From positions 7,232,001 to 7,296,000 of the forward strand of contig OZ244999.1 in NCBI GenBank assembly GCA_965223265.1: a stretch of 64,000 bases of DNA, in the 5' to 3' direction. The number at the start of each line of letters is the position of its first letter. Position 1 is the first letter of the stretch. This DNA is from Planctomycetota bacterium. Its GTDB lineage: Bacteria; Planctomycetota; UBA8108; SXIK01. The position numbers and the translations under genes are program-made. Shown piece by piece: positions 40,815-49,555 of this stretch. The notes beneath the pieces are model-generated. The model searched no databases. It was not told the origin of the DNA and saw only the letters and a list, made by a program, of their open reading frames with translations.

Positions 40815-41351
40815 CTATGGGCCGCTCGGTGGATCGATGAAATAGAGTCCCGCATAGATTTTGATGTCGACGCCCTTACCGGCCGCCTTCTGCTCTTCGA
40901 GCCACGGAAGGATCTCCGCACACGGAACTTCGTGAACAATGATGTCTTCGCTCTCGTCTCCCCCGCCCGCCGCCACTCGACGGATGCCGCGGGCGCGATA
41001 GAGCGACAGCGACTCCGTACTCATTCCAGCGGAAGGAAAACCGTCGGCAAGAAACTCCATCGAATCCGCCGCATAGCCGGTTTCCTCCAGGAGCTCACGT
41101 TCTCCGGCAGTTGCGAAGTCCTCGTGCTCGGCGCCGGGAAGATCTCCGACAAGACCAGCCGGTAGCTCGACCATCTGCCGGTCCACCGCCGCGCGGTACT
41201 GCTCGACGAGCACCAGCTCGTGGCGGTCGTTGACCGCCAGAATGATCACGATGCCCGAACTCCCGAGTCGCTCGGCGTACTCCCAGCCGTCGCGATCGAC
41301 GAAACGAACGTATTGGCCTTCGTGAAGAATCGTTCGTTTGCCTTCAGCCAT
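40815..41351 (-). CDS. NUDIX hydrolase (ADP-ribose pyrophosphatase-like)
   Basis: LVEQYR, ELPAGL, RELLEETGY Nudix box. Confidence 0.92.
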   Translation of the reverse strand: MAEGKRTILHEGQYVRFVDRDGWEYAERLGSSGIVIILAVNDRHELVLVEQYRAAVDRQMVELPAGLVGDLPGAEHEDFATAGERELLEETGYAADSMEFLADGFPSAGMSTESLSLYRARGIRRVAAGGGDESEDIIVHEVPCAEILPWLEEQKAAGKGVDIKIYAGLYFIDPPSGP

Positions 41352-41382
41352 TTCCGTTCACGTCCTTTGAACTCTTCTCAAC

Positions 41383-42003
41383 CTAGGCACCGCCCACGGC
41401 CCCGCTGCTCACGATGTGAACCCCAGCCGCCCGCAGCTCGTCGACCGCACTGGCGACGTCGCCGGGTTGCAGCTCCACGCCGCGGCAAGCGTCTTCGATG
41501 AGATAGGTCTCGAAATTCAGCTGCCGCGCATCGAGCGCCGTAAACTTGACGCAATAGTCCGTCGCTACGCCAGCAATGTAAACCGTGTCCACGCCGCGAG
41601 TCTCTAATCGGTCGCCGAGTCCGGTGGATTTCAAGTGGCCATTGTCGAAGAAGCCGCTGTAACTGTCGATGAATGAGTCCGTGCCCTTACGGAAGACTTC
41701 TTCGATGCGCCCCATGTCGAGCGCAGCGACGAACTCAGCCCCGCGCGTTTCTGCGACGCAGTGAACCGGCCAAAGAACCTGCTCAAGGCCGTTGAGGTCG
41801 ATGGTGTCACCGACGCTGTGGCCGGCGTGGTTGTCGGCAAAGCTGGCGTGGTCCGCCGGATGCCAGTCCTGAGTGGCTACGACCAGCTCAAAGCGCGACT
41901 GGAGGTCATTGACGACGTCGATGACCTCGTCCGCGTTGGGCACCGCGAGTGCACCGCCAGGCATGAAATCGTTTTGGAGGTCGACGAGAATCAGCGCGTG
42001 CAT
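41383..42003 (-). CDS. pncA: Nicotinamidase/pyrazinamidase
   Basis: MHALILVDLQNDFMPGGALAV, TQDWHP..H.SF, WPVHCV, DSYSGFFDN, ATDYCV. Start 42003; the upstream in-frame extension is the microsatellite. Confidence 0.95.
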   Translation of the reverse strand: MHALILVDLQNDFMPGGALAVPNADEVIDVVNDLQSRFELVVATQDWHPADHASFADNHAGHSVGDTIDLNGLEQVLWPVHCVAETRGAEFVAALDMGRIEEVFRKGTDSFIDSYSGFFDNGHLKSTGLGDRLETRGVDTVYIAGVATDYCVKFTALDARQLNFETYLIEDACRGVELQPGDVASAVDELRAAGVHIVSSGAVGGA

Positions 42004-42120
42004 TCGGCCGAGGGTACGCAGAAGGTACGCCGAGCACAAGAGGGGTGCGACCGCGAACTGGGAGGGTGAGGAGAGCAGGAAGAGATGCAAGCCGAAACAG
42101 ACTGCGGCCGGCGGACCGAT

Positions 42121-42234
42121 GTGTGCGTGTGCGTGTGCGTGTGCGTGTGCGTGTGCGTGTGCGTGTGCGTGGGCGTGGGCGTGGGCGTGGGCGTGGGCGT
42201 GGGCGTGGGCGTGGGCGTGGGCGTGGGCGTGGGC
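42121..42234. repeat. Compound hexamer microsatellite (GTGTGC)8(GTGGGC)11
   Basis: 19 tandem hexamers, 114 bp, counted directly. Confidence 0.95.
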
Positions 42235-42244
42235 GCCTCTCAAA

Positions 42245-42311
42245 GTGGCAGGCACTCTCCGAGTGCCGTGGCCGGAGAGAAGACGGACGGCACTCGGAGA
42301 GTGCCTGCTAC
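42245..42311. repeat. GTAG/GTGG-type REP doublet (REPIN-like)
   Basis: GTGGCAGGCACTCTCCGAGTGCCGT ... ACGGCACTCGGAGAGTGCCTGCTAC; same family as 2285-2380. Confidence 0.75.
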
Positions 42312-42488
42312 TATGGTGCGCTTCTGCCGTGCCGTTTGCGCGTGCGCGCGGGCGTGTGGGACACGGGGTCACCGTGCGGCGGGCTTTTGACTCACCTCTT
42401 GCGGAGGCCTCTCATGCGTTTCATCGCTCTCGATGTCAGTCTTGGTTTGACTCGAGACTTGCGGGCTCCTCTGAGCGGTGTGCGGACT

Positions 42489-45400
42489 CTACCCGCCGCG
42501 CTCGCGCAGCGCCTCTTCGAGTCGCTGGCGCAGCTCGCGGTTCTGGATTTCAAGTTGCCGCAAAAACTCACGTCGCTCATCCGTCTGCAGTCGCTGGGTC
42601 GCTTCGAGACGCTCCTTCAGGTATCTGTTCTCTCTCAGCGCGCGCGACATGACAGCAACTTCGTCTTCCGATCGTCGGCGCTCAGCGACAAGCGGCGCGG
42701 CGCGCTCCATGAGCTTCGTGAGCTCGACCAAGTCCGCTTCGTGGCCGAGCCCTTCACTGTTCGCGGCGAGGAGGTCCCGCATCCCGGCGGCGACCGCACT
42801 CAGATCACTGCCGCGCGCCCAGTAGCTACTGCGGAGAATTTCCGCGAACTCGGCGATCAAGGCTTTGAGACGAAACTCGGCACTGGCGTCCGCGAGCGTG
42901 CCACGACGGTGGCGATCCTCGACGCCATGTTCGAGCTCCACTGCGCGTCGATCGTCCACCGCTAAATACCGCACCCGCACGGTGGCCAGCCTGCCAGTCG
43001 CTTCGGGGCGACATCTCAGCTCGTAGAGCGCCGTGACTTGATGTCCTGCTCCGACTTCGCCGGCGTCGACTGCGTCGTCGCGAAAGTCGCGGTCGGCAAT
43101 CGCTCGGTTCTCGTACCCAAGCAACCGGTAACGCGCGACCTTCGCGGCGTCGAACTCAATCTGGAGCTTAACGTCGCGAGCGATCGTCTCGAGCGTGCCT
43201 GTCAGGTTGTCGACGAAAGCGCGCCGTGCCGCCTCGAGTCGGTCGACATAGACGCAGTGGCCATCACCTCGGTCTGCAAGCTGCTCCATGAGGACATCGT
43301 TGTGGTTGCCCATACCGACGCCGATGCAGCTGAGAAGAATACCGCGGGCTCGGTGCTGACGCACGCGCTTGAGGATCGCGTCGACATGAGTTGCCCCGGT
43401 GTTGGCGACACCGTCAGAGAGCAGGATGACACGGTTCGTTCCTGTCACCTGCAGATGCCGCGCGGCCATCTCGTAGCCAAGCGTCAAACCAGCTTCCACA
43501 TTCGTGCTGCGCCCCGGTTGGAGCGTGCCGATCGCGGCGAAAATCGAGGCCGCGTTCTCGGCTCCGGTCGATTCGAGAACGGAACGTGCCGTCGTGTCGA
43601 ACGCTACGATGCCAATGGTATCTCCCTCGTCAAGCTCACCCACGAGTAGACGCAGCGACGACTTGACGAGCTCGAGTCGATTCTCGCGCGCCATGGAGCC
43701 CGAGGCGTCGATCACGAAGACCAACGACGCGGCACGACGCCCTCGCCGGTCCACTCTACGCCCTTGCACATCGATCTTAAGGAGCTCGTACTGTGGCTCG
43801 TGAGCGAAAGGACTCGGCGCCATCTCTGTCGTCACTGAGAAGACATCCGTCGACTTGGCGGGAGCGACGTACGGCTCGCGGAAGTAGTTGATGAACTCTT
43901 CGGTACGAATCGCCTCTGGGGGCGGAAGGAGGTTTCGGCTGAGGAGGTAGCTGCGCGTCAAGGTATAGCTTGCGGTGTCGACGTCGGCCGCGAAGGTCGA
44001 CAGTGGATCGACCCGCGTCTCGACAAACGGGTGCGTACCCCAGTAGCGAAAGAACATCTTGTCAAGTGACTCATCGGGCTTTCGGCGCAGTGCTTCGCAG
44101 TATTGCTGAACGCAGCGTTGAGCGTCACTGCAGCTGTCGAACCGTCGGCGGACCTCGTCTGAGTCGTCGAAATCCAACGGACTTTTCCGCTCGCTCGTAG
44201 CCCCGCTCGCCCCCCCGGCGCTCGTAACGAAACCCAACTTTTGCGTTGGCGAGCGCTGCGCCCGGTGCCGGCGAGTCGTCTCGAGCGACTCAAAGGAGTC
44301 GGCTTCGGCATTGGGACGACGCGAGATGGGTGTCACAATCGATGCGCTACGGCCCACAGCCTCAGGCGCGGCCGCATCCATACTCCACTCGCGAGCCTCG
44401 TCGCTATTCTTCCGGACCGTGGGTCGCGGCGGCGGCGAAACGTCGGTTTGGCGTTGGACTAGCTGCGGGGCTTGCTGGATCTCCTGAATCACCGATTCGG
44501 AGCGTTCCCAATCTAGTTGATCCTTGTCTTGCCGAGGCGCCGATGCTGGCGGTGAAGCAGACCAACGCTGAAACCCGTGCGCATCGCTAGATTCCTCCAA
44601 CCGCTTCGTCGCGGTGCCTTTAGCCTCTACCAGGAAAGCCAACTCTGTCGGCTGCGGTCCAACTCTCTGGAACGCCGCGGTAGCATCCGGCGCCAGGGTG
44701 TCGACAGGCTCGGACTGCGGTTCCTGCGGCGGCGTCTGGACTGAGCCCAGCGCCGAGGAGTTCGGCGGCGTCGGTCGGGCGGTCGACTTGTCGTCAGCGC
44801 TTCTGGAAACCGAAGATGTGAACGAGGATGACGCCACGTCCATCGAAATGTTGTCTTCGGGTGCTCCGTACCACAGGGCCCCGCTCCACACGAGCGCCGT
44901 CGCTGCAGCCAATACGGCGGCGGCCACGAGCACTCGACGCCAACGCGCCGCATGCGTAGGCGCAGGTCTGCTAACGCCGGCAACCGAACTTTCGTCTTCC
45001 GTGCCATCATCTTCCGTACCATCTTCTTCCGTGCCATCGTCTTCCGTGCCATCGTCGAGCATGGCTTCGGCGGCATCACGTCCTGCCGCACTGTCGCCGC
45101 AAGACACCCCTGCCACGGTCTTGGCTGCATGGCGTAATAGCCGCGCCCGAGCGTCACGATCGAGCGTCGCACCGTTCGCCGCGCGCACTTCACCAGCCGC
45201 GCTGCGACCGCCGCTCTCACCTACGTCACTCTCGACGAACTCGTCCAGCGCGGGCGCTTGCAACCTGGGCTCCAACACTGAGTGCCCGTCCCCCGCCTCG
45301 GCAACCAATCGCGCCGTCGCCCGCAAGAGCTCGACCTCGTCGCGGCACGCAGCGCAGGTCTCGAGATGCAAGTCGATTCTCTGCCGCTCGCCAGCAGAGA

Positions 45401-45521
45401 TCACATCGTGCTCGCCAAGAGCATACGCACTCAAAGCGAGCGACTCCCGGCCACGGCGGACGCATTCGGACGGCTCGCTCGGCTCAAATTCTTCGCCTGA
45501 GCTCTTTTGATCGCGGTTCAT
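42489..45521 (-). CDS. Zinc-binding anti-sigma (zf-HC2) + TM + YfbK-like vWA/DUF3520 fusion protein
   Basis: Start 45521 with AAAGGAG RBS; HLETCAAC; TM; STFAADVDTASY, EEFINYF, DASGSM MIDAS, LLSDGVAN, YRLLGYENR; C-terminal coiled coil. Confidence 0.88.
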   Translation of the reverse strand: MNRDQKSSGEEFEPSEPSECVRRGRESLALSAYALGEHDVISAGERQRIDLHLETCAACRDEVELLRATARLVAEAGDGHSVLEPRLQAPALDEFVESDVGESGGRSAAGEVRAANGATLDRDARARLLRHAAKTVAGVSCGDSAAGRDAAEAMLDDGTEDDGTEEDGTEDDGTEDESSVAGVSRPAPTHAARWRRVLVAAAVLAAATALVWSGALWYGAPEDNISMDVASSSFTSSVSRSADDKSTARPTPPNSSALGSVQTPPQEPQSEPVDTLAPDATAAFQRVGPQPTELAFLVEAKGTATKRLEESSDAHGFQRWSASPPASAPRQDKDQLDWERSESVIQEIQQAPQLVQRQTDVSPPPRPTVRKNSDEAREWSMDAAAPEAVGRSASIVTPISRRPNAEADSFESLETTRRHRAQRSPTQKLGFVTSAGGASGATSERKSPLDFDDSDEVRRRFDSCSDAQRCVQQYCEALRRKPDESLDKMFFRYWGTHPFVETRVDPLSTFAADVDTASYTLTRSYLLSRNLLPPPEAIRTEEFINYFREPYVAPAKSTDVFSVTTEMAPSPFAHEPQYELLKIDVQGRRVDRRGRRAASLVFVIDASGSMARENRLELVKSSLRLLVGELDEGDTIGIVAFDTTARSVLESTGAENAASIFAAIGTLQPGRSTNVEAGLTLGYEMAARHLQVTGTNRVILLSDGVANTGATHVDAILKRVRQHRARGILLSCIGVGMGNHNDVLMEQLADRGDGHCVYVDRLEAARRAFVDNLTGTLETIARDVKLQIEFDAAKVARYRLLGYENRAIADRDFRDDAVDAGEVGAGHQVTALYELRCRPEATGRLATVRVRYLAVDDRRAVELEHGVEDRHRRGTLADASAEFRLKALIAEFAEILRSSYWARGSDLSAVAAGMRDLLAANSEGLGHEADLVELTKLMERAAPLVAERRRSEDEVAVMSRALRENRYLKERLEATQRLQTDERREFLRQLEIQNRELRQRLEEALRERGG
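44995..45057 (-). repeat. 15-nt coding repeat (DDGTE)x4 in the anti-sigma linker
   Basis: Translation DDGTEDDGTEEDGTEDDGTEDE. Confidence 0.7.
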
Positions 45522-45559
45522 ACGAGTTCTCCTTTGACGTCTTCCCCGCCAATGCCGTT

Positions 45560-46087
45560 TCACACAAGGCCGCGCTGCCGCAGATCTCGCGCCAAGCTCT
45601 TCAGACCGTGGTGCATGAGATATCCAACGTGGCCGACTGTGTGACCTGTAGCTGCGCTGATCTCGCGGTAGGTCTTCTGCTCGTGCAGCTTCAGAACCAG
45701 AACTTGCCGCTGCTTCGCGGGCAAACGCGAGATCGCTGCATGCACGGCTTCGGCGGTTTCGATTCCGGCGAGGGGACAATCGGCCGACGCGCGCCGCAGA
45801 GTCGAAGCCGCACGGTGCCTCTCTTGCATCCGCTTCTCCTTTCGCAGTTCGTCGACCGCGACATTGCGAGCCACGCGGTAGAGCCAGGCCGCCAAACTCT
45901 CGATTCCATTGAGCTCCCGTGCCTCTCTGGCAAGACGAAGAAACGTCTCCTGCACGACGTCCTCGGCGATACCCGGCGCGTAACGGCCGACGTACTGTAG
46001 CAGCGGACGCTCGTAGCGCGTCACCAGCGTCTCAAACGCGACGAGCTCTCCGGCACGATAACGATCGATGAGATCGCGATCCGTCAC
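45560..46087 (-). CDS. ECF RNA polymerase sigma factor
   Basis: AEDVVQETFLRL, WLYRVARN, LP.KQRQVLVLK..TYREIS. Confidence 0.92.
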   Translation of the reverse strand: MTDRDLIDRYRAGELVAFETLVTRYERPLLQYVGRYAPGIAEDVVQETFLRLAREARELNGIESLAAWLYRVARNVAVDELRKEKRMQERHRAASTLRRASADCPLAGIETAEAVHAAISRLPAKQRQVLVLKLHEQKTYREISAATGHTVGHVGYLMHHGLKSLARDLRQRGLV

Positions 46088-46295
46088 GAGATCCTTACCT
46101 AACGCGAGTTTTGCGAGATTGCATGGCCACCGCGACTAACCTCCGCGGCGGCGCGCCAGAGCGTCGAGCTCTGCCATCAAGACGTCTGCCGGGCTACCAA
46201 TGTTAGAGATTTCGCGAAAATCCGTGAGCCCTCGCCAAGAGCATTCGGAGTCATTGCCCCTCCCAACCAGCGGATCGCATCCATATACTGCCAGC

Positions 46296-47960
46296 ATGAT
46301 GACGCAATCGCGCTTCGATGCTCATGTGCCAGGTACGTCGGCAGCAACCGCACTGTCGTCCTCCGAGGAAAGCCGCCGATTCTTCCAGACCCGACTCACG
46401 CTGCTTGCCAAAATCGCGAGCTCGCTCATTCTCCTACACGTCGTGCTCGCCAACGTCGTGCTGCTCGCAGTTGGGAGGTACACATGGGTCGACGTTGGAC
46501 GCGATCTCGGCAACTATGTCAGCCTCAGCTGCGGCCTGTTTTGGGCGACCCTTTGGCTGGTGTGTCGGCGCGGCGAGCGCTCGTTTCGAGCACTGCGCCT
46601 ACTCGATCCGATCGCAGCAGTTTCGTATTCAAGCGCCGTCGCACTTCAAGCATGGCTCGCCAAAGACAGCCCGTTCATCATTCACAACTCAATCCTGCCT
46701 CTAACCTACGCGGTGATCGCTCGTGCGGTGATCATTCCCTCGAGTGCGCAGCGCACCGCCTGGGTGAGCACTCTTTGCTTCGTGCCGGCGTTCGTCGTGT
46801 ACTACTTCATCCTGCACCGAGGCGGTGGTGCAGCGTGGCCCGACGTGGTCGAAAGACCTTCCTATGTCCTCGTCGTCGTGCGTGGCTTTTTTAGCGTCGC
46901 GCTGGCGACGATCGTCTCGCAGGTGATCTACGGACTCCAGAGGCAAGTGCATAAGGCCAGACAACTCGGGCAGTACCGCCTCGAGGAAAAGATCGGCCAG
47001 GGGGGCATGGGCGAAGTGTACCGCGCACGTCACGCTATGCTGCGTCGACCGACGGCGGTGAAGCTCTTGCGCCCGGAGATGGCCGGGGAGCAAAGCATCG
47101 CTCGTTTCGAACGCGAGGTACAGCTCACAAGTCAGCTCACACATCCCAACACGATTGCGATCTACGACTTCGGCCGCACGCCGGAAGGCACGTTCTACTA
47201 CGCCATGGAGTTTCTCGCCGGAATCAACTTGGACGATCTGGTGAAAGAGTTCGGCCCGCAGAGCCCTGGGCGAGTCATCTTCGTTCTAAAGCAGGTGTGT
47301 CTCTCGCTTGCCGAGGCACATGCAACGGGTTTGATTCATCGTGACATCAAACCCGCGAACATCATTCTCTGTGAACGCGGCACACTCCACGACGTCGCCA
47401 AAGTCGTCGACTTCGGCCTTGTCAAGGATGTTGAGACGGGCGCTAGCACCACCCTGAGCGGCGTCAACGCGATCACGGGGACCCCGCTCTACATGTCGCC
47501 CGAGGCGATCAAGTCACCCGAAAACCTCGATGCGCGCAGCGACATCTACGCGGTCGGTGCCGTTGGCTATTACCTTCTCACCGGTCGATCGCTCTTCGAC
47601 ACTGTGAATCTTATGGAAGTGTGCAGCCTGCAACTGACGCAGATGCCGGAATCGCCGAGCCAGCGTCTCGAGACTGCCGTTCCAGCTGACCTGGAAGGTC
47701 TGATCATGAGCTGCCTGCAGAAGGAGCGCGCCGATCGTCCCGCCTCAGCGAAGGAGCTCGCTGGCGAACTGAGTCGGTGTTCTGACGCCGCTGCTTGGAG
47801 CGAAGCGGAGGCCGAATCGTGGTGGAACGATCACCAGCCTCGGATCGGCGCAACCTTCAGCGAAGCTCCTACGATCGGCGATCCAGGCAGCGGTGACAGC
47901 TGGGAGAAGCCGACTTCACTTGGTGCGACCGTGACGATCGACGTGGACGGACGCCTGTGA
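46296..47960 (+). CDS. Membrane Ser/Thr protein kinase with N-terminal multi-TM sensor region
   Basis: About 6 TM helices, then IGQGGMGEVY, AVK, HRDIKPAN, DFGLVK, GTPLYMSPE. Start uncertain (ORF open from 46200). Confidence 0.92.
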   Translation: MMTQSRFDAHVPGTSAATALSSSEESRRFFQTRLTLLAKIASSLILLHVVLANVVLLAVGRYTWVDVGRDLGNYVSLSCGLFWATLWLVCRRGERSFRALRLLDPIAAVSYSSAVALQAWLAKDSPFIIHNSILPLTYAVIARAVIIPSSAQRTAWVSTLCFVPAFVVYYFILHRGGGAAWPDVVERPSYVLVVVRGFFSVALATIVSQVIYGLQRQVHKARQLGQYRLEEKIGQGGMGEVYRARHAMLRRPTAVKLLRPEMAGEQSIARFEREVQLTSQLTHPNTIAIYDFGRTPEGTFYYAMEFLAGINLDDLVKEFGPQSPGRVIFVLKQVCLSLAEAHATGLIHRDIKPANIILCERGTLHDVAKVVDFGLVKDVETGASTTLSGVNAITGTPLYMSPEAIKSPENLDARSDIYAVGAVGYYLLTGRSLFDTVNLMEVCSLQLTQMPESPSQRLETAVPADLEGLIMSCLQKERADRPASAKELAGELSRCSDAAAWSEAEAESWWNDHQPRIGATFSEAPTIGDPGSGDSWEKPTSLGATVTIDVDGRL

Positions 47961-48052
47961 AGAAAGGTAGGAAGAGACGTAGGAAAAAACCAGTCGCCGC
48001 GGCACGTTGCAGAGTCACGCGGTCGGCACTTTAGCGCGTGTGGAGAGACCCT

Positions 48053-49252
48053 ATGATGGCACCGCTTTCACAAACTGATGTTGACGCGATGCAGCGCGCC
48101 ATCGCTGACGCCGGGCTCGATGGCTGGCTGTTTTACGACTTTCGAGGCAGCGATCCGATCGCGCGCAAGATTCTCGATCTCGACCCGGAGCTCACGACGA
48201 CGCGCCGTTGGTTCTACTTCGTCCCATCACTTGGCGAGCCGGTACGACTCGAACACGCGATCGAGTCGCAGGCGCTCGCCGCGCTGCCGGGTGATTCACA
48301 GACCTATCTGAGCTGGGAGTCGCTGCAAGAACACCTGGAGAAGCTGCTCACTGGGTGTCGACGCATCGCCATGCAGCACTCACCGCGATGCGAGGTGCCC
48401 TACATCGCGAGAGTGGACGGTGGCACTCTTGAGCTCGTCCGCAGTGCCGGCGTACAGATCGTCTCCAGCGCCGACTTGGTGCAGCAGTTTGATGCCACGC
48501 TGACGGACGAGCAACTGGCGTCCCATCGGCGCGCCGCGGCGACGCTCCGATCGCTGATCGACGTGGTGTTTTCGTTCGCTGCCGAGAGAGTCTCCGCGGC
48601 GGCGCAGGTCACCGAGCGTGATATCCTCGAGTTCCTCACTGGCCAACTAGACGCGCACGGACTCGTCTACGACCACGAACCGATCGTTGCGGTCAACGCC
48701 AACGCCGCGGATCCACACTTCGCCGTTCCGGCATCGGGCAGCGAAATCGTCCGGCGCGGCGACCTCCTTCTCGTCGACGTGTGGGCGAAAGAACGCGCCC
48801 CCAAGAGCATCTACGCCGACATTACATGGACCGCCGTGCTCGAAAGCACTGCTGCCGACGAGATCGCCGGTGTTTTCGCGGTTGTTCGAGATGCGCGAGA
48901 CCTCGTCGTCGACCACCTTCGCGATCATGTCCGAGCTGGGAAGAGCGTGCGCGGTTTCGAGCTCGACCGCATCGCTCGCGACCACATCGGGCGCTCTGGC
49001 TACGGCGACTACTTCATCCACCGCACAGGTCACTCGATCCACGAGGAAGGGCACGGTAACGGCGCCAACCTCGACGACCTCGAAACGCACGACAGTCGCG
49101 TGATCCTGCCGCACACACTGTTCAGCGTCGAACCTGGCATCTATCTGCCGGGTCGCTTCGGAATCCGCAGCGAGATCAACGTATACCACGCGGGCGACTC
49201 GATCGAGGTGACCGGCGGATCTCAGCAAACGGAACTGCTAACGCTCCTCTGA
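48053..49252 (+). CDS. Xaa-Pro aminopeptidase (M24 family)
   Basis: DPH, LLVDVW, YADITW, HRTGHSI, FSVEPGIY, GIRSE. Confidence 0.92.
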   Translation: MMAPLSQTDVDAMQRAIADAGLDGWLFYDFRGSDPIARKILDLDPELTTTRRWFYFVPSLGEPVRLEHAIESQALAALPGDSQTYLSWESLQEHLEKLLTGCRRIAMQHSPRCEVPYIARVDGGTLELVRSAGVQIVSSADLVQQFDATLTDEQLASHRRAAATLRSLIDVVFSFAAERVSAAAQVTERDILEFLTGQLDAHGLVYDHEPIVAVNANAADPHFAVPASGSEIVRRGDLLLVDVWAKERAPKSIYADITWTAVLESTAADEIAGVFAVVRDARDLVVDHLRDHVRAGKSVRGFELDRIARDHIGRSGYGDYFIHRTGHSIHEEGHGNGANLDDLETHDSRVILPHTLFSVEPGIYLPGRFGIRSEINVYHAGDSIEVTGGSQQTELLTLL

Positions 49253-49555
49253 GCCCGTAAGCAAAGAGGCGAAAGAGACTGCCTGCGCTCGGAATCGGGC
49301 TGACTCTCAGATTTTCTGAGCCACGACACCCGAAATTCCCCCCGGAACTTGAAGACGGCACGAAATGAGCCCGGATTTCTCACCAACATGGTTCGCACGT
49401 CCCGCGTCCGCGGCATTCACGGCGGAGCGATCTGCGTGCCGCAGCGATCCAGGCCGCTGCTGTCGAGTTGTTCTATATCCGTTATAATCGACCCTCAGTC
49501 TGGGTCACGCGGCGGCGCGTTAGGAAGCAGCAGGCGATCGAATGAGGTAGGTTCT

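Noticed and set aside
42004-42372. N-terminal (HA)n extension of PncA and overlapping CACA/VGVG/RGRG ORFs
   Set aside because: Products of the stop-free hexamer tract; PncA homology begins at Met 42003.
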